DNA of 64,000 nucleotides from an uncultured delta proteobacterium (GCA_963736855.1 CAVTQK010000009.1:320001-384000), one strand, 5' to 3'; shown: positions 9,695 through 20,232, counted from the first letter of the stretch. Program-made: numbers and translations. Notes: generated by a model not told the origin, from the letters alone.

Positions 9695-11377
9695 CTAAAC
9701 AAGGTGGCTCCGGTACAACGCCTCCTGTTCATCCAGAACGGCGTTTAAGGTATCGAGAGTTGTCATGGGATTCATGATGACGCAACGCAATACCACCCGC
9801 TCTTCTCCGTAAGAATCCATCCCTCCCAGGGTGGTTCTGGATACAAAGCTTCTCCCGGCCTCTCGCTGTAACCGCTGGAGGGCGATGTTGATTTCGTTGA
9901 CGGTTCGGGCGGTGCGTCTTGCTTCTTTTACATCGCCTCCTTGGAGTTTTTCACGCAGCTCCGGGGGGCAAAGCCGATAGGTCAAGATATTGAGGGTCGG
10001 TGGTGTGACCAGTTCAAACAGGGACCTTTTCGATATCTCCTGGGCAAAGGCCCCGGCGGTTTCGATGCCGTGTTCGATGAGAAGGGCGTATCCTTTGGAC
10101 CCCATGATCTTCAAGGCGCTGTGCAAAACCAGGGAATTGGCCTCCCGGGATCCGGATATGGATTTGATGCCCAGGTCCACCGAGCCGGGGCGGTTCACAT
10201 ACCGGGCATAATAGGCAACGGCGTCCAGTGCAGACGGGTCCTTGAAAAAGACCATACCGCAGGTCATGGGCATATAAAACTGCTTGTGGCCGTCGATGGT
10301 CACGGAGTCGGCCTGTGCGATCCCATCAAGGAGATATCGGTATTTCTCAGACATCAGCGTGGGGCCTCCCCATGCCGCATCCACGTGGAAGTGAATCCCA
10401 TTTTTACGACAGATGTCCGCCATCCGGTCCAGAGGGTCGACGGCTCCGGTTTCCGTTGTCCCTGCAATCCCCACCACGGCCATCACCCGGGTGCTTTTTC
10501 CGGATTCCTGTAAGACCCGAATCATCCGATCAAGGGCTTCAGGATCCATTCTTCCCTTCGCATCCGTATCCACGGCGATGACGTTTTCGTTCCCGATCCC
10601 TAAGAGTCCGGCGGCTTTATTGAGGGAAAAATGACCGAACCGCGTAGCCAGGATCACACAGCGATCGATCCCATAGGACCTCAGGGCCGCTCCCACTCCG
10701 GATTGTTCCACGCCGGCAAAGTCGCCCTTGGGTTTCAGCAATTGGTTTCGGGCCACCCAGAGGGCGGTATAGTTGGCCAGGGTCCCGTCTTCCACAAAAC
10801 AGCCTAGTGCGGTTTCGGCGTTTTGAACATGTTCCCGATAAAATGCGTCGTCGCTATTGAAAATCAAGCGGTGAATCTTGGCCAGGACCTGCTTTTCCAC
10901 TATGGAGACCAGTTTGGAGGTTTCGATCTTCACCACGTTCTGATTCAACGCCGCTACGATGGTTTTCAAATGAACCATAAAATAAGGAATGGCGGAAGTC
11001 ATATGACCGACAAAGAAAGGGGATGCTACATTGACGGCGTGGGGAGCGATCCCTTTGATGAGGTCGACAATGACATGCTCGAGCTTTTTTTCAGGGTGAT
11101 CCGAAATCCGAGTGTCCGTGAAGCGTTCGGACAATTCCTTGAGGCTGATTTCTTCGGTGATCCCCACATGCGTCTTCAGAAAATCATGGAGTCCGAAGAG
11201 GATCTGCTCCATATACTTAATCAGGGCCGGCCGGCCGGTGTCACTTTCCGGACGGATAAACGTCCGCATCAACGCCTGCCAATCCGCAACCAGTCGGGTT
11301 CCGGCAGGATTGGTATCTTTTATGTGTATAATCGATGTGTTGCCCATTTGGTGGTCTTGCATTCGGCTTTGCTTCAT
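9695..11377 (-). CDS. panP: pyridoxal-dependent aspartate 1-decarboxylase (group II PLP decarboxylase)
   Basis: FVGHMTS, LNQNVVKIETS, AGTTETG, HVDAAWGG and DSVTIDGHK motifs. Confidence 0.88.
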   Translation of the reverse strand: MKQSRMQDHQMGNTSIIHIKDTNPAGTRLVADWQALMRTFIRPESDTGRPALIKYMEQILFGLHDFLKTHVGITEEISLKELSERFTDTRISDHPEKKLEHVIVDLIKGIAPHAVNVASPFFVGHMTSAIPYFMVHLKTIVAALNQNVVKIETSKLVSIVEKQVLAKIHRLIFNSDDAFYREHVQNAETALGCFVEDGTLANYTALWVARNQLLKPKGDFAGVEQSGVGAALRSYGIDRCVILATRFGHFSLNKAAGLLGIGNENVIAVDTDAKGRMDPEALDRMIRVLQESGKSTRVMAVVGIAGTTETGAVDPLDRMADICRKNGIHFHVDAAWGGPTLMSEKYRYLLDGIAQADSVTIDGHKQFYMPMTCGMVFFKDPSALDAVAYYARYVNRPGSVDLGIKSISGSREANSLVLHSALKIMGSKGYALLIEHGIETAGAFAQEISKRSLFELVTPPTLNILTYRLCPPELREKLQGGDVKEARRTARTVNEINIALQRLQREAGRSFVSRTTLGGMDSYGEERVVLRCVIMNPMTTLDTLNAVLDEQEALYRSHLV

Positions 11378-11550
11378 TCCGGCTTTAAGCGTATCTGCAA
11401 ACCGGGCGATCCGTCAAGGAGATTCATCGGCGATCCTCCTGACAGATGCTTTACAAATCACCCCTGTTTGGGATAAAGAAGCAAGGATCAAAGGCGATTC
11501 TCCCAAAGGACCCTTTGCCGACTGCACAAGGGCCCAATTTGACGGGTACG

Positions 11551-13263
11551 ATGCTCACCGAACTTTTCATTAAAAATTTTGCCATCATCGACGATCTGCA
11601 CATCCGTTTTGCAGATGGACTCACTATTCTGACCGGCGAAACAGGGGCCGGAAAATCAATCATTATACAGGCCTTCAACTTGATCCTCGGCGACCGGGCC
11701 ACCTCGAAAATGATCCGCTCCGGCGAGGAGACCGCCGAACTCGAGGCGCTGTTTCATATCCAGCTCAACAGCGAGCCGGCAAACCGGGTTAAGGCTTCCG
11801 GATACGATGTGTCCGAAAATCTTTTGGTTAAACGGGTGATTTCCCAAAATGATCGGCATCGTACTTACGTGAACGGTCACATCGCCACGATCCAGGTTCT
11901 GTCCTCTATCACCGAGCATCTGGCCAACATTTCCGGCCAGTTCGCTAGTCAGGGGCTGTTAAAAGAAGACCAGCAGCTTTGCGCCCTCGATCAGTTCGGA
12001 GGCCTGACGGCCTTGAGGCAACAGGTCGGTGCAGAGTACCATGAAATCCTTCCCCTCATCGAGCATCTCAAGGACCTGGAGAAAAAGAAGGTTCACCAGG
12101 CCGAACGCACCGAGTTGCTGCGGTTTCAGAAATCAGAGATCGCCGGGGCGTCCATCATTCCCGGCGAAGACGCCGCATTGGAACTGGAAAAAATCCGGCT
12201 GAAAAATGCCGAATCCCTTTATCAGGCGATTTACGATGGAGTCGAATCACTGTATGGAGCTCCGGGCGCGGTGATTGAGCGCCTCACCGAAATCCATAAA
12301 GGGCTGGAGCGGGCCTGCCGCATCGACCCGTCGCTCAAAGATCGTATCCAGGGAATCGTCGACGCCGCCCTTCGACTGGAAGATACGATTTCCGCGATGA
12401 GGGGTTACCTAAAGGGGATCCAGATGGATGAAGGCAGGCTGGAAACGGTGGAATCCCGGCTGGACGTCTTGAATAAATTGAAACGAAAATACGGGCCGGA
12501 TCTTAACGCTGTTGTTTCCCATCTTGGTGCCGTCGAAAAAGAACTTTCCGGGATCGAGGATATCCCCCTTAAGATCGAACGCACAAAAAAATCCCTTCTA
12601 AACCGGCATGAATCCCTGGCAAAAGCCGCCAGGAACCTGTCCGAAAAAAGGCTTCAAGCCGCCGGAAGCCTCTCCAGAGCCATGGAAAAGGAGCTGGCCG
12701 GACTCAAGATGGGAAAGACCCGCTTCGATGTCACGTTTTCCAGGCTTCCGGCAGGACGTGATGTCAGTCCTTACCTGACGGCGGACGAAGCCGGTATCCA
12801 GGAGACCGGAATCGACCGCATCACCTTCATGATCGCCCCGAATGTGGGGGAGCGGTTGAAACCGTTGGCTCAAATCGCTTCAGGGGGCGAGCTTTCCCGC
12901 GTCGTCCTCGCGCTAAAGGCGATACTGGCCAAAACCGATTCGGTAGAAACCCTTGTGTTTGATGAAGTGGATGCCGGAATCGGAGGCGGAGTCGCCGAAG
13001 TGGTGGGGAAAAAACTGGCTGATCTTTCCCGGTACCACCAAGTCATTTGCATCACCCATCTGCCGCAAATCGCCGTTCATGGAGAACACCATTTCAGAAT
13101 CGAAAAAACCGTTTTCGGCGGCAGAACCCGAACAGCCATCACCCCCCTTGGGACAAAGGAACGCATCGAGGAAATCGCCAGGATGCTGGGCGGCGAAGAA
13201 ATCACTTCGACCGCCCTGGACCATGCCCGGGAGTTGTTGAAAAAGGGCTCCACAGTAGGATGA
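11551..13263 (+). CDS. recN: DNA repair protein RecN
   Basis: Start MLTELFIKNFAII; Walker A TGETGAGKS, SGGELSR, LVFDEVDAG, ITHLPQ. Confidence 0.96.
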   Translation: MLTELFIKNFAIIDDLHIRFADGLTILTGETGAGKSIIIQAFNLILGDRATSKMIRSGEETAELEALFHIQLNSEPANRVKASGYDVSENLLVKRVISQNDRHRTYVNGHIATIQVLSSITEHLANISGQFASQGLLKEDQQLCALDQFGGLTALRQQVGAEYHEILPLIEHLKDLEKKKVHQAERTELLRFQKSEIAGASIIPGEDAALELEKIRLKNAESLYQAIYDGVESLYGAPGAVIERLTEIHKGLERACRIDPSLKDRIQGIVDAALRLEDTISAMRGYLKGIQMDEGRLETVESRLDVLNKLKRKYGPDLNAVVSHLGAVEKELSGIEDIPLKIERTKKSLLNRHESLAKAARNLSEKRLQAAGSLSRAMEKELAGLKMGKTRFDVTFSRLPAGRDVSPYLTADEAGIQETGIDRITFMIAPNVGERLKPLAQIASGGELSRVVLALKAILAKTDSVETLVFDEVDAGIGGGVAEVVGKKLADLSRYHQVICITHLPQIAVHGEHHFRIEKTVFGGRTRTAITPLGTKERIEEIARMLGGEEITSTALDHARELLKKGSTVG

Positions 13264-13340
13264 AATCCATTAACCGGCATGATAGGCGACAGAAACCCTC
13301 CTCGCATCACACCGCCGCTTCATTGAAATCCGATCCATTC

Positions 13341-13370
13341 TTGACAGAACAAAAAAATCCATAATAAAAT
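13341..13370 (+). promoter_or_regulatory. putative sigma70 promoter
   Basis: TTGACA-N18-TAAAAT upstream of the FmdB/Fur-FeoA genes. Confidence 0.5.
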
Positions 13371-13450
13371 ATAAGGTTCTAAATAAAGATTATGTTCGAA
13401 ACATTCCATAGCCGTTATTTCGGCTGAAAAAACAAAGGAGCGCGATTTTT

Positions 13451-13696
13451 ATGCCGATCTATGAATTCAAGTGTCGCACATGCGGCGAACTCGTGGAATT
13501 CTTATTTAAAAACCCAGAAGAATCCGTCGCACTGAAATGCCCCAAATGCGGTGGTGAAGAACTGGAACGGGTTTTAAGCACGACCCATTATGCCATGGGC
13601 TCGGATTACCCGAAGGACGCCGGCGCCACTTCTCAAACCCGGACCTGCCCCGGCGGCAGTTGCACGACCTATGATGTCCCGGGGCCGACCCGGTAA
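13451..13696 (+). CDS. FmdB-family zinc-ribbon protein
   Basis: MPIYEFKCxxC...CPKCG signature. Confidence 0.92.
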   Translation: MPIYEFKCRTCGELVEFLFKNPEESVALKCPKCGGEELERVLSTTHYAMGSDYPKDAGATSQTRTCPGGSCTTYDVPGPTR

Positions 13697-13833
13697 GTAA
13701 CCGGGTGATCGGGTCGCTTTTCTCCCTTTGGGTTTGAATACGATACCCCGGATGCTCTTCTTAGGGATTGCATTCCAGCCTTGAACAAGCGAAAATTTCG
13801 ACTTTGTCCGATGATTTGCTTTGGAAAACATCT

Positions 13834-14517
13834 ATGAAACAGATCCACAACCAGGAACAGGAACAGTTTAAGAAGCTCTTCCAGTCCGAAAATGTCGATC
13901 GCTTCGAAGACCGGCTCAAGGTTCTCGAGGTTTTTTTAAGCATGGAAACCCATATCACGGCAGATGACATGGTAACACTCCTGGAAAAAAAGGGACATCG
14001 ATTCGATCTGGAATTCGTGAAATCGACCCTTCACCTGATGTCCCGATATGGATTTGCCCGCGTCAACCGGTTTGACAACGGACGCCTTCTCTATGAACAT
14101 CGACACTTGGGGCACCACCACGACCACATGATCTGCACCAAGTGTAAAAAGATCATCGAGTTTGAAAACCCCTCATTGGAGGACCAGCAGATCCAGGTCG
14201 CCAAGGCCCACGGGTTTCATTTGCTCCAGCACAAGATGGAGCTTTACGGGATCTGTGCCGAATGCCTCAAGGAACGCCAGGCGCTCTTGCCGCTTTCTAT
14301 AGCCAAGCAAGGAGAACGGTTGATCATCCGGGAAGTTCACGGAGGCGGCACCGCCCGGGCCCGAATCCTTTCCATGGGGCTTCGGATAGGTGACGAGATC
14401 GAAGTGCTTTCCAACCAGGGTCAGGGCCAGATGGTCATCGCTGTGGACGTCAAACGCTTTATCATAGGCCGGGGAATGGCGGAAAAGATCATTTGCGAGC
14501 CTGTCCGCAAGAATTAA
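13834..14517 (+). CDS. Fur-family regulator fused to a C-terminal FeoA domain
   Basis: HHHDHMICTKC...ELYGICAEC (Fur), then 'ILSMGLRIGDEIEV...IIGRGMAEKI' (FeoA). Confidence 0.88.
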   Translation: MKQIHNQEQEQFKKLFQSENVDRFEDRLKVLEVFLSMETHITADDMVTLLEKKGHRFDLEFVKSTLHLMSRYGFARVNRFDNGRLLYEHRHLGHHHDHMICTKCKKIIEFENPSLEDQQIQVAKAHGFHLLQHKMELYGICAECLKERQALLPLSIAKQGERLIIREVHGGGTARARILSMGLRIGDEIEVLSNQGQGQMVIAVDVKRFIIGRGMAEKIICEPVRKN

Positions 14518-14538
14518 AGAACGAGCCGAGCAGGCAAT

Positions 14539-15486
14539 ATGGCGAACCGGATGCCTTTAAAGAAACCCGATTATATCGAAGCCCATGAAAAGGGCCTTCT
14601 CAAAAAGAAGCGGGAAGATGCCTTCAAACTCTTGAAATCGTGCGTGCTGTGTCCCCGACAATGCAAGGTGGATCGCCTGTCCGGCGAGACGGGAATATGC
14701 AAGACAGGGGCTTCCGCCATGGTTTCCAGCTATGACCCTCATTTCGGGGAAGAACAACCCTTGGTTGGCCGACACGGTTCCGGCACGATATTTTTCACCT
14801 ATTGCAACCTGTTGTGCAATTTTTGCCAGAATTACGACATCAGCCACCAGGGCATTGGGAAAACGGTTTCTGATCGCGAGCTTGCGGCCATGCTGCTGGA
14901 ACTCCAACAGATCGGATGCCATAACATCAATTTCGTGACCCCTACCCACGTGGTTCCCCAGATATTGCGCGCTCTGGAGATCGCCGTTGAAGACGGCCTG
15001 TCCATTCCGCTGGTATACAATTCCGGGGGCTACGACAGCGTCCACACCCTCCGGATCCTGGAAGGGATCATCGATATCTACATGCCGGATTTCAAGTTCT
15101 GGGATTCAGACATCGCAAAAAAAACCTGTGACGCCCCGGATTATCCGGAAGTAGCCCGAGAAGCCATCCTCGAGATGCATCGCCAGGTTGGGGATCTGGT
15201 GATGGACAAAGATGGGATCGCGCGCCGGGGTCTTTTGTTGCGCCATCTGGTCCTTCCCCATGGCCTTGCCGGAACCCGGGAGATCATGCGGTTTATCGCC
15301 ACCCGGATATCCACAAACACCTATGTCAACATCATGGCTCAGTACCGTCCCTGCGGATGCGCCGCGGAAATTCCCGAGCTCGCCGAAGCGCTTTCAACCC
15401 AAGACTTCCAGGCAGCCCTGACCGCCGCCCGGGAAGAAGGGATCCATCGGCTCGACAGCAGAAGGCGCGTTTTCATGTTGAGGTAG
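14539..15486 (+). CDS. radical SAM protein, PflX-like
   Basis: CVLCPRQC plus CNLLCNFC motif; HNINFVTPTH; DIYMPDFK. Confidence 0.88.
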   Translation: MANRMPLKKPDYIEAHEKGLLKKKREDAFKLLKSCVLCPRQCKVDRLSGETGICKTGASAMVSSYDPHFGEEQPLVGRHGSGTIFFTYCNLLCNFCQNYDISHQGIGKTVSDRELAAMLLELQQIGCHNINFVTPTHVVPQILRALEIAVEDGLSIPLVYNSGGYDSVHTLRILEGIIDIYMPDFKFWDSDIAKKTCDAPDYPEVAREAILEMHRQVGDLVMDKDGIARRGLLLRHLVLPHGLAGTREIMRFIATRISTNTYVNIMAQYRPCGCAAEIPELAEALSTQDFQAALTAAREEGIHRLDSRRRVFMLR

Positions 15487-15496
15487 AAATTATTTC

Positions 15497-16132
15497 ATGG
15501 AAAAAATATTCGCCGTGGGCGATATCCACGGAACCCCGGAAAAAGTTATCGCCCTGATGGACAAGATCGACATGGATCGAAAACGGGACCTGTTGATTTT
15601 CATCGGGGACTACGTGGACCGAGGCCCTGGTTCTTACGAAGTGGTCGATTATCTGATCGATCTGAAGCGGCAGGTGGAAAATATCGTATTTTTGAAAGGC
15701 AACCATGAGGACATGCTTTTAAAATACCTCTCCGGTCACGACCGCTTCACTTATTTGATAAACGACGGGCAAATCACCCTGGAAAGCTACATTAAGCGCA
15801 AGAAACCGGGGGATCGACACCTCATCCCCGAGTCACATATGGAATTTTACAACTCCCTGGTTCTGTACCATGAAACCCAGGACTTTTTATTCGTCCACGC
15901 CGGGATCCGGAAAAAAATCCCCATCAAGAAACAGGATATAAACGACCTTCTCTGGATCCGCAGTGAATTCATCGAGTCGGATTACGATTTCGGAAAAAGG
16001 GTGGTTTTCGGACATACTCCGTTTCCTGAACCCCTGGTGATGCCGAATAAAATCGGCATCGACACCGGTGCCGTTTATGGCAACAAACTGACCTGCGTGA
16101 AGCTTCCGGATATGGTCTTTTACCAGGTTTAA
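15497..16132 (+). CDS. metallophosphoesterase (Ser/Thr protein phosphatase family)
   Basis: GDIHG, GDYVDRG, KGNHE, FVHAG, GHTP, IDTG. Confidence 0.92.
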   Translation: MEKIFAVGDIHGTPEKVIALMDKIDMDRKRDLLIFIGDYVDRGPGSYEVVDYLIDLKRQVENIVFLKGNHEDMLLKYLSGHDRFTYLINDGQITLESYIKRKKPGDRHLIPESHMEFYNSLVLYHETQDFLFVHAGIRKKIPIKKQDINDLLWIRSEFIESDYDFGKRVVFGHTPFPEPLVMPNKIGIDTGAVYGNKLTCVKLPDMVFYQV

Positions 16133-16156
16133 ACCGCCACAGAACAAGGAGCAGCA

Positions 16157-16588
16157 ATGAAAAAATGCCTTTTGACGATCCTGGCCCTGCTTTTGGCCGT
16201 CACCGCCCTGGCCGGTCCCCAACGCCTGGCCGTTAAGGTCTCCGCCGCCAATGTACGGAGCGGTCCGGGCGACCAGTACGAGACCATTTGGCAGGTGGGG
16301 ATGTATCACCCCCTGCAGATCACCGAGAAAAAAGGGGAATGGTTACACTTCATTGATTCCGAAAAAGATGAGGGGTGGATTCACCAATCCCTGGTCGCCA
16401 ATATACCATCCGTGGTTACAATCAGCGACAAGTGCAACATCCGGTCAGGTCCGGACGCTCACCAGACCGTGGCCTTCACGGCCGAAAAAGGAGTTCCTTT
16501 TAAGGTCCTGGAGCGGAAAAAGGAGTGGATCCACGTCGAACACCAGGACGGCGAAAAAGGTTGGATTCACCAATCCCTGGTCTGGTAA
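16157..16588 (+). CDS. exported tandem bacterial SH3-domain protein
   Basis: Signal peptide; two N(V/I)RSGP...GWIHQSLV repeats. Confidence 0.9.
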   Translation: MKKCLLTILALLLAVTALAGPQRLAVKVSAANVRSGPGDQYETIWQVGMYHPLQITEKKGEWLHFIDSEKDEGWIHQSLVANIPSVVTISDKCNIRSGPDAHQTVAFTAEKGVPFKVLERKKEWIHVEHQDGEKGWIHQSLVW

Positions 16589-16630
16589 GCACTGACATGC
16601 ATCCTGAAACACATCCATAGTGGAGAAACC

Positions 16631-17569
16631 ATGAATATCTATGTCTCAGGATCCCTGGCCTATGACCGGATCATGGATTTTCCCGGAAGGTTTTCCGATC
16701 ACATCCTGCCTGACAAGATCCATGTCCTCAACGTTTCTTTCAATGTCAACGGTCTTGCTGAAAAATTCGGAGGAACCGCCGGCAACATCGCCTACAACCT
16801 GGCCATGCTGGGAGAAAAACCCCTCATCCTGGCATCCGCGGGGAAAGATTTTTCGCACTACGAGGCGTGGCTGAGGGAAAACGGGCTCTCCCTGGAAGGG
16901 ATCCGGGTCATTCCGGAGGAATTCACGGCAGGCGCCTACATCACGACGGATCGAGGGGACAACCAGATCACCGGATTCAACCCCGGGGCCATGCGTTACC
17001 CATCCGGCTTTTCCATCCCGGATTCAGGTCAAGGCGCCGTCGGTATCCTTTCACCGGGAAACATCGAAGACATGCTGACCTACAGCCGGGAATTCAAGGC
17101 CAAACGCATCCCGTATATTTTCGATCCGGGGCAGACGACATCGGCTATGTCCGGAAGCCAGGTCCTCGATATTTTGACCGAGTGCGATATCTTCATCTCC
17201 AACGACTACGAACTGGAGATGGTTGTGCGGATGACAGGCATGACGAAATCCGATCTTTTGGCCCGGACGAAACGGGCCATCATCACCACCTTGGCGGAAA
17301 GCGGATCCCTGCTGACGACCCATGAAAAAGAGGTGCGGATTCCGGCGGTTCCTCCCCGACAGGTCGTGGATCCCACCGGCGCAGGGGATGCCTACCGTGC
17401 CGGATTGATCAAAGGGATCGTGACGGAAAAACCCCTCGAGGCGGCAGCATGCATGGGAGCCACCTCCGCCAGTTATGCTGTGGAGCACAAGGGAACCCAG
17501 GAGCACCGATTCACCCCGGAGGCTTTCTGGGCCCGTTATCATGCATTTTTTGGTAGAAAGGATTCTTGA
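16631..17569 (+). CDS. PfkB-family carbohydrate/nucleoside (adenosine) kinase
   Basis: GSLAYD, FGGTAGN, DPGQ, NDYE and DPTGAGDAY motifs. Confidence 0.92.
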   Translation: MNIYVSGSLAYDRIMDFPGRFSDHILPDKIHVLNVSFNVNGLAEKFGGTAGNIAYNLAMLGEKPLILASAGKDFSHYEAWLRENGLSLEGIRVIPEEFTAGAYITTDRGDNQITGFNPGAMRYPSGFSIPDSGQGAVGILSPGNIEDMLTYSREFKAKRIPYIFDPGQTTSAMSGSQVLDILTECDIFISNDYELEMVVRMTGMTKSDLLARTKRAIITTLAESGSLLTTHEKEVRIPAVPPRQVVDPTGAGDAYRAGLIKGIVTEKPLEAAACMGATSASYAVEHKGTQEHRFTPEAFWARYHAFFGRKDS

Positions 17570-17594
17570 CAACTGCCGAATCCTCCATTATTAA
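17566..17594 (+). promoter_or_regulatory. putative sigma70 promoter of tRNA-Asn
   Basis: TTGACA-N17-TATTAA. Confidence 0.5.
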
Positions 17595-17648
17595 AAGCAT
17601 TTCGAGCGGATCAGGACGAACTTTTCGCCTGACGCGCGTATAAATTGA

Positions 17649-17724
17649 TCCCCGGTAGCTCAATCGGCAGAGCGGGTGGCTGTTAACCACTAGGTTCGAG
17701 GTTCAAGTCCTCGCCGGGGAGCCA
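17649..17724 (+). tRNA. tRNA-Asn (anticodon GTT)
   Basis: 76 nt; acceptor stem TCCCCGG/CCGGGGA, D arm GCTC..GAGC, anticodon loop CTGTTAA, T loop GTTCAAG, encoded CCA. Confidence 0.97.
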
Positions 17725-17761
17725 AAATTCAACCCGCTGATTTCAGCGGTTCTTATTTAAC

Positions 17762-17803
17762 GCAAGACCCCGTGGGTTGATCCCCTCGGGGTCTTGTCGT
17801 TTC
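17762..17803 (+). terminator. hairpin/terminator after the tRNA
   Basis: GCAAGACCCCG...CGGGGTCTTGT stem with a weak T tail. Confidence 0.55.
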
Positions 17804-18116
17804 AGTCGTGTCCACGCCGACTTACGCCTGGCTGCGAACGCCGCCCGGGACGGTGCCATGGATATCGAGCGGTTCAAGGCGCGGCTCCGGCGCTGCCGTG
17901 GGCAGATCACCGCCGTCATCGCCTGCCGGACCGACCCGAGCACCGTCTTTGTGCTCAATTTGAGCTTCGACATAATTGCAGTACGCTTTTTTGGGGGCCG
18001 GACAACCTGTCAGCCAGGCACTCAAGGGTGGAAAACGGCATCTTTGCGGAGGCAAGTTTTATCGGGCTGCTTTTTGAGGCTCGCTGTTAGGATGGCACTT
18101 GAATAGGATAGGCGAT

Positions 18117-18947
18117 TCAGTGCCGGTTGATGGGCACTCGGCCGGGATCACCCACGAACGGAAGGATCAGAAGGCGAGGCAGGGAAAGCTTTTGCGGATC
18201 ACGGAATTGAGACAGACCGATCACCATATCATTGTGCCCCTTGTCGGGCTGGTCTTTGTAGGTACCAAAAAGCCGATCCCACCAGGGCAGGTTGAATCCG
18301 TAGTTGCTGTTGGTCTCGCGGATGATGACAGAGTGGTGGACCCGGTGCATGTCCGGCGTTACCACGAGCAGCCGGAGTATCCGGTCCATTTTTTCTGGGA
18401 TGCGGATGTTGCTGTGATTGAACATGGAGGTTGCGTTGAGGACGACTTCGAATATCAGCACGGCCAGCGGTGGCGCTCCGAGCGCGGCCACGGCCGACAG
18501 CTTGATGGCCATGGACACAATGATTTCGATAGGATGAAACCGCAGCCCAGTGGTCATATCGAAATCCAGATCCGCGTGATGCACCATATGCAGCCGCCAA
18601 AGCGTTGGAATGGCGTGATGCAAAACATGCTGCGCATAAACCGTAAGGTCCAGCGCAATCACACCCGCAACGACCTGCATCCATTCGGACATGGATGTGT
18701 GATTGAGCAACCCCCAGTTCTGTTCGGACGCGATATGAGCCAAACCGATAGGCAGAATGGGAAAAATCAAAACTACCGACAAGGGATTCAAAACCACGAT
18801 GGTCAAATTGGCGAACCATCGTCGGACCTTGGAGGTAAGCAAGCGTCTTCTTGGAGCAAGGATTTCCAAAACAGCGAGTACGACAAAAATAACCATAAAC
18901 GCGCCGAATCGAACCACTGTTTCATTTGTCAGGAAAATACATTCCAT
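18117..18947 (-). CDS. sterol desaturase / fatty acid hydroxylase family membrane protein
   Basis: His boxes HVLHH, HMVHH, FNHSN, HRVHH; NSNYG..WDRLFGT. Confidence 0.9.
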   Translation of the reverse strand: MECIFLTNETVVRFGAFMVIFVVLAVLEILAPRRRLLTSKVRRWFANLTIVVLNPLSVVLIFPILPIGLAHIASEQNWGLLNHTSMSEWMQVVAGVIALDLTVYAQHVLHHAIPTLWRLHMVHHADLDFDMTTGLRFHPIEIIVSMAIKLSAVAALGAPPLAVLIFEVVLNATSMFNHSNIRIPEKMDRILRLLVVTPDMHRVHHSVIIRETNSNYGFNLPWWDRLFGTYKDQPDKGHNDMVIGLSQFRDPQKLSLPRLLILPFVGDPGRVPINRH

Positions 18948-18987
18948 TGCCTTGTCTTCGATAAGAATGGTGTGATTGCTTCTTCGA

Positions 18988-19335
18988 TTAAAAAGCGATG
19001 ACCTTTTCCGCCCTGACCGTAAGATCCGTCAATTCAATCAGAGTGCCGCGCCGCGCGCCCTCGGCGATTTCTTCATCCTTCATTCCCCTCGCGTCCATGC
19101 ACGTGCCGCACAGGATGACCTCGCCCTTGCGAACAATCGGTTTCAACATGCGTTCTATATTGTAGTACCCTTGAGGGGTCTGCTGTCCGGTCTTGGCGCA
19201 TAGAACGGCATCGCCCAGCAAGAAAATGGACAGTTCCACAGTTTCACGAGCAACAAGCTGGTCTGCCAAACGCAAAGCATTGTAGCTGCGCTCACTGCCG
19301 TATGGTGGATCGTTTAGGATGATGAGCATTTTCAT
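18988..19335 (-). CDS. DsrE-family protein (YchN-like)
   Basis: ILNDPPYGSERSYNALRLA, FLLGDAV, CGTCMDARG; GGAGGA RBS. Confidence 0.9.
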   Translation of the reverse strand: MKMLIILNDPPYGSERSYNALRLADQLVARETVELSIFLLGDAVLCAKTGQQTPQGYYNIERMLKPIVRKGEVILCGTCMDARGMKDEEIAEGARRGTLIELTDLTVRAEKVIAF

Positions 19336-19410
19336 TTTTTGTCCTCCAGAGTCGATAGAGATTTTCAACTTTCACAATCTATGTGGTCTGGCCTTACGCG
19401 AATGTGGTGG

Positions 19411-20109
19411 TTAAACCGTCGCAGTATCTTTTGACACCCGCGACACTTTCAGGAGCTTGGGAATGAAAAAGGAAAATATGAAAAGCGCAAGGGAGAGAAG
19501 GACCTTCCAGCTCAACAGCTCCTCCCAGCGGCCGGCGGCCCATATGTCCTTTATCGTTCCAACGAAAAAGGTAAATATGAAGGTGCCCACCATGATGCCC
19601 AGCGCCGTGCCGGAAAAGTAGTCCCAAAAACGCACCTTGGTCAGCCCCATGCCGAAATTCATTAGAGTAAACGGGAAATAGACCAGCCGCAAGTAAAGGA
19701 CCGTGGCAAAGCCGTTGCGCCCGATGGCGTCATCGTATCGTTTCAACCTGTTGCCGACGATGGAGGCGGCGAAATCCCGGCCCAAGTAACGCCCGATCAG
19801 AAAGGCGAGGCTGGCGCCGATCATGGCCGCAATCCAGACATATAGGAAGCCCCAATAGGGTCCGAAGATGGCGGCGCCCAAAGCCGTCAGAAGCGTGCCG
19901 GGAAGGAAAAGACACACACCGGCCGCGTAGATAAACACGAACGCCAATGGTGCCCATATTCCCGCGGCTTTCAAAAACAGCCCCAGTTGTTCGGCAGTGA
20001 GGTACTGTTTGGCTGGCGAAAAACGGACCAGGTAAATCGCCGCCACAACGAACAGGATCAGGATGGATACCTTCATCAGCGCGCTTTTTCTTTTTTCATC
20101 GGTTTGCAT
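19411..20109 (-). CDS. TVP38/TMEM64 (VTT/DedA superfamily) membrane protein
   Basis: LPGTLLTALGAAIFG, FLIGRYLGR, LRLVYFPF, GTALGIMVGT. Confidence 0.88.
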   Translation of the reverse strand: MQTDEKRKSALMKVSILILFVVAAIYLVRFSPAKQYLTAEQLGLFLKAAGIWAPLAFVFIYAAGVCLFLPGTLLTALGAAIFGPYWGFLYVWIAAMIGASLAFLIGRYLGRDFAASIVGNRLKRYDDAIGRNGFATVLYLRLVYFPFTLMNFGMGLTKVRFWDYFSGTALGIMVGTFIFTFFVGTIKDIWAAGRWEELLSWKVLLSLALFIFSFFIPKLLKVSRVSKDTATV

Positions 20110-20232
20110 GACGAAACCTTGTTGACACACCTTCCGGATGTCCACGGTCTATTGGATTATTTGTAAGCTCTTCGTCCATGCCTCGGATATATCTATGTAT
20201 TATCGTATTTGCTGCAAATGATCGTTTCAGGA

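Noticed and set aside
17777..18106. ORF after the tRNA as an integrase or transposase
   Set aside because: No recognisable catalytic motifs; at most an unassignable remnant.
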